Source of the DNA: an uncultured Fibrobacteraceae bacterium
GTDB taxonomy: Bacteria > Krumholzibacteriota > Krumholzibacteriia > LZORAL124-64-63
Length of the DNA stretch: 64,000 nt
NCBI GenBank assembly: GCA_964384055.1
Contig: CAYLIV010000010.1
Location: forward strand, 13,829-77,828
Reading direction: 5' to 3'
Within the stretch, counting starts at the first letter, position 1; every line of letters starts with the position of its first letter. The notes under the pieces were generated by a model that saw only the letters and a list, made by a program, of their open reading frames with translations, had not been told where the DNA came from and ran no database searches. Positions 63,757 to 64,000 of this stretch are shown piece by piece. The translations under genes were made by a program, and so were the position numbers.

Positions 63757-64000
63757 ATGCCCTATACCCCGCACACACCGGATGAGATACGCGAGATGCT
63801 CGCGACCATCGGCGTCGCCGAGGTCGATGACCTCTTCAGACGTCTGCCGGACGAACTGAAACTGACCGGCGGGCTCGACCTGCCGGACAGCCTCAGCGAA
63901 GAAGAGGTGCGCCAGACCATGGCGGGCTTCGCCGAGCGCAATTGCAGCCAGGCCCAGCTCACCTCGTTTCTGGGCGGCGGCGTCTACGATTCGATCATCC
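63757..64000 (+). CDS. gcvPA: Glycine dehydrogenase (decarboxylating) subunit 1, N-terminal fragment; continues beyond the window
   Basis: Translated from the sequence, since the ORF is not in the six-frame track for lack of a stop: MPYTPHTPDEIREMLATIGVAEVDDLFRRLPDELKL...SFLGGGVYDSII. This matches GcvPA N-termini. GGAGG RBS. Confidence 0.85.
   Translation, partial: MPYTPHTPDEIREMLATIGVAEVDDLFRRLPDELKLTGGLDLPDSLSEEEVRQTMAGFAERNCSQAQLTSFLGGGVYDSII

Noticed and set aside
1-64000. Mobile elements, CRISPR arrays, tRNA or rRNA genes
   Set aside because: No transposase, integrase or recombinase-like ORFs, no spaced direct-repeat arrays, and no tRNA-like cloverleaf candidates were seen by eye in the few intergenic gaps. 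A tRNAscan or Infernal run would be needed to exclude small RNAs.

Overview
GC-rich bacterial chromosomal segment, roughly two-thirds G+C by eye, with about 46 densely packed genes. I found no rRNA, tRNA, CRISPR array, transposase or integrase. Many long antisense ORFs in the six-frame track are treated as GC-driven artefacts.

Gene blocks in order:
(1) 3' end of rpoN, then hpf, hprK, a complete mannose-family PTS (fused EIIA-EIIB, IIC, IID), ptsH, ptsI, a bifunctional PGI/PMI-type SIS isomerase, a sugar-1-P nucleotidyltransferase and metK. Several of these genes overlap as ATGA/TTGA.
(2) On the minus strand, a PKD-domain lipoprotein and lptG-lptF.
(3) A 2349-aa outer-membrane protein that I interpret as a SprA-like (T9SS-type) giant beta-barrel. 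A glutaminyl-cyclase-like M28 protein overlaps its stop.
(4) rimP-nusA-ylxQ(L7Ae)-infB, an rbfA::DHH/DHHA1 (NrnA-like) fusion, truB and ribF.
(5) An ~8 kb polysaccharide cassette sitting between ribF and rpsO: a Wza-like exporter, a PglC-like sugar transferase, a DegT aminotransferase, the APS kinase cysC and a CapD/PglF-like dehydratase.
(6) rpsO-pnp, an M16 peptidase and a polysaccharide deacetylase.
(7) A minus-strand three-gene operon of unknown function: a TPR/zinc-ribbon polytopic membrane protein, a DUF4388/PATAN-like protein with a pseudopilin-like C-terminus, and a UbiA-family prenyltransferase.
(8) trkH-trkA, an OmpA-like lipoprotein, a cysteine-desulfurase-family gene, a SPOR lipoprotein, a cyclophilin, a GT39/PMT-like glycosyltransferase, uvrA, and gcvT-gcvH with the start of gcvPA.

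Gene content and order suggest an FCB-superphylum-like organism (SprA, PKD lipoprotein, LptFG, large Wza). Taxonomy cannot be established from sequence alone. The most unusual items are the rpoN-linked complete PTS with HprK, the SprA-like gene translationally coupled to a glutaminyl cyclase, the rbfA-nrnA fusion, the polysaccharide cassette between ribF and rpsO, and the uncharacterised TPR/PATAN/UbiA operon.
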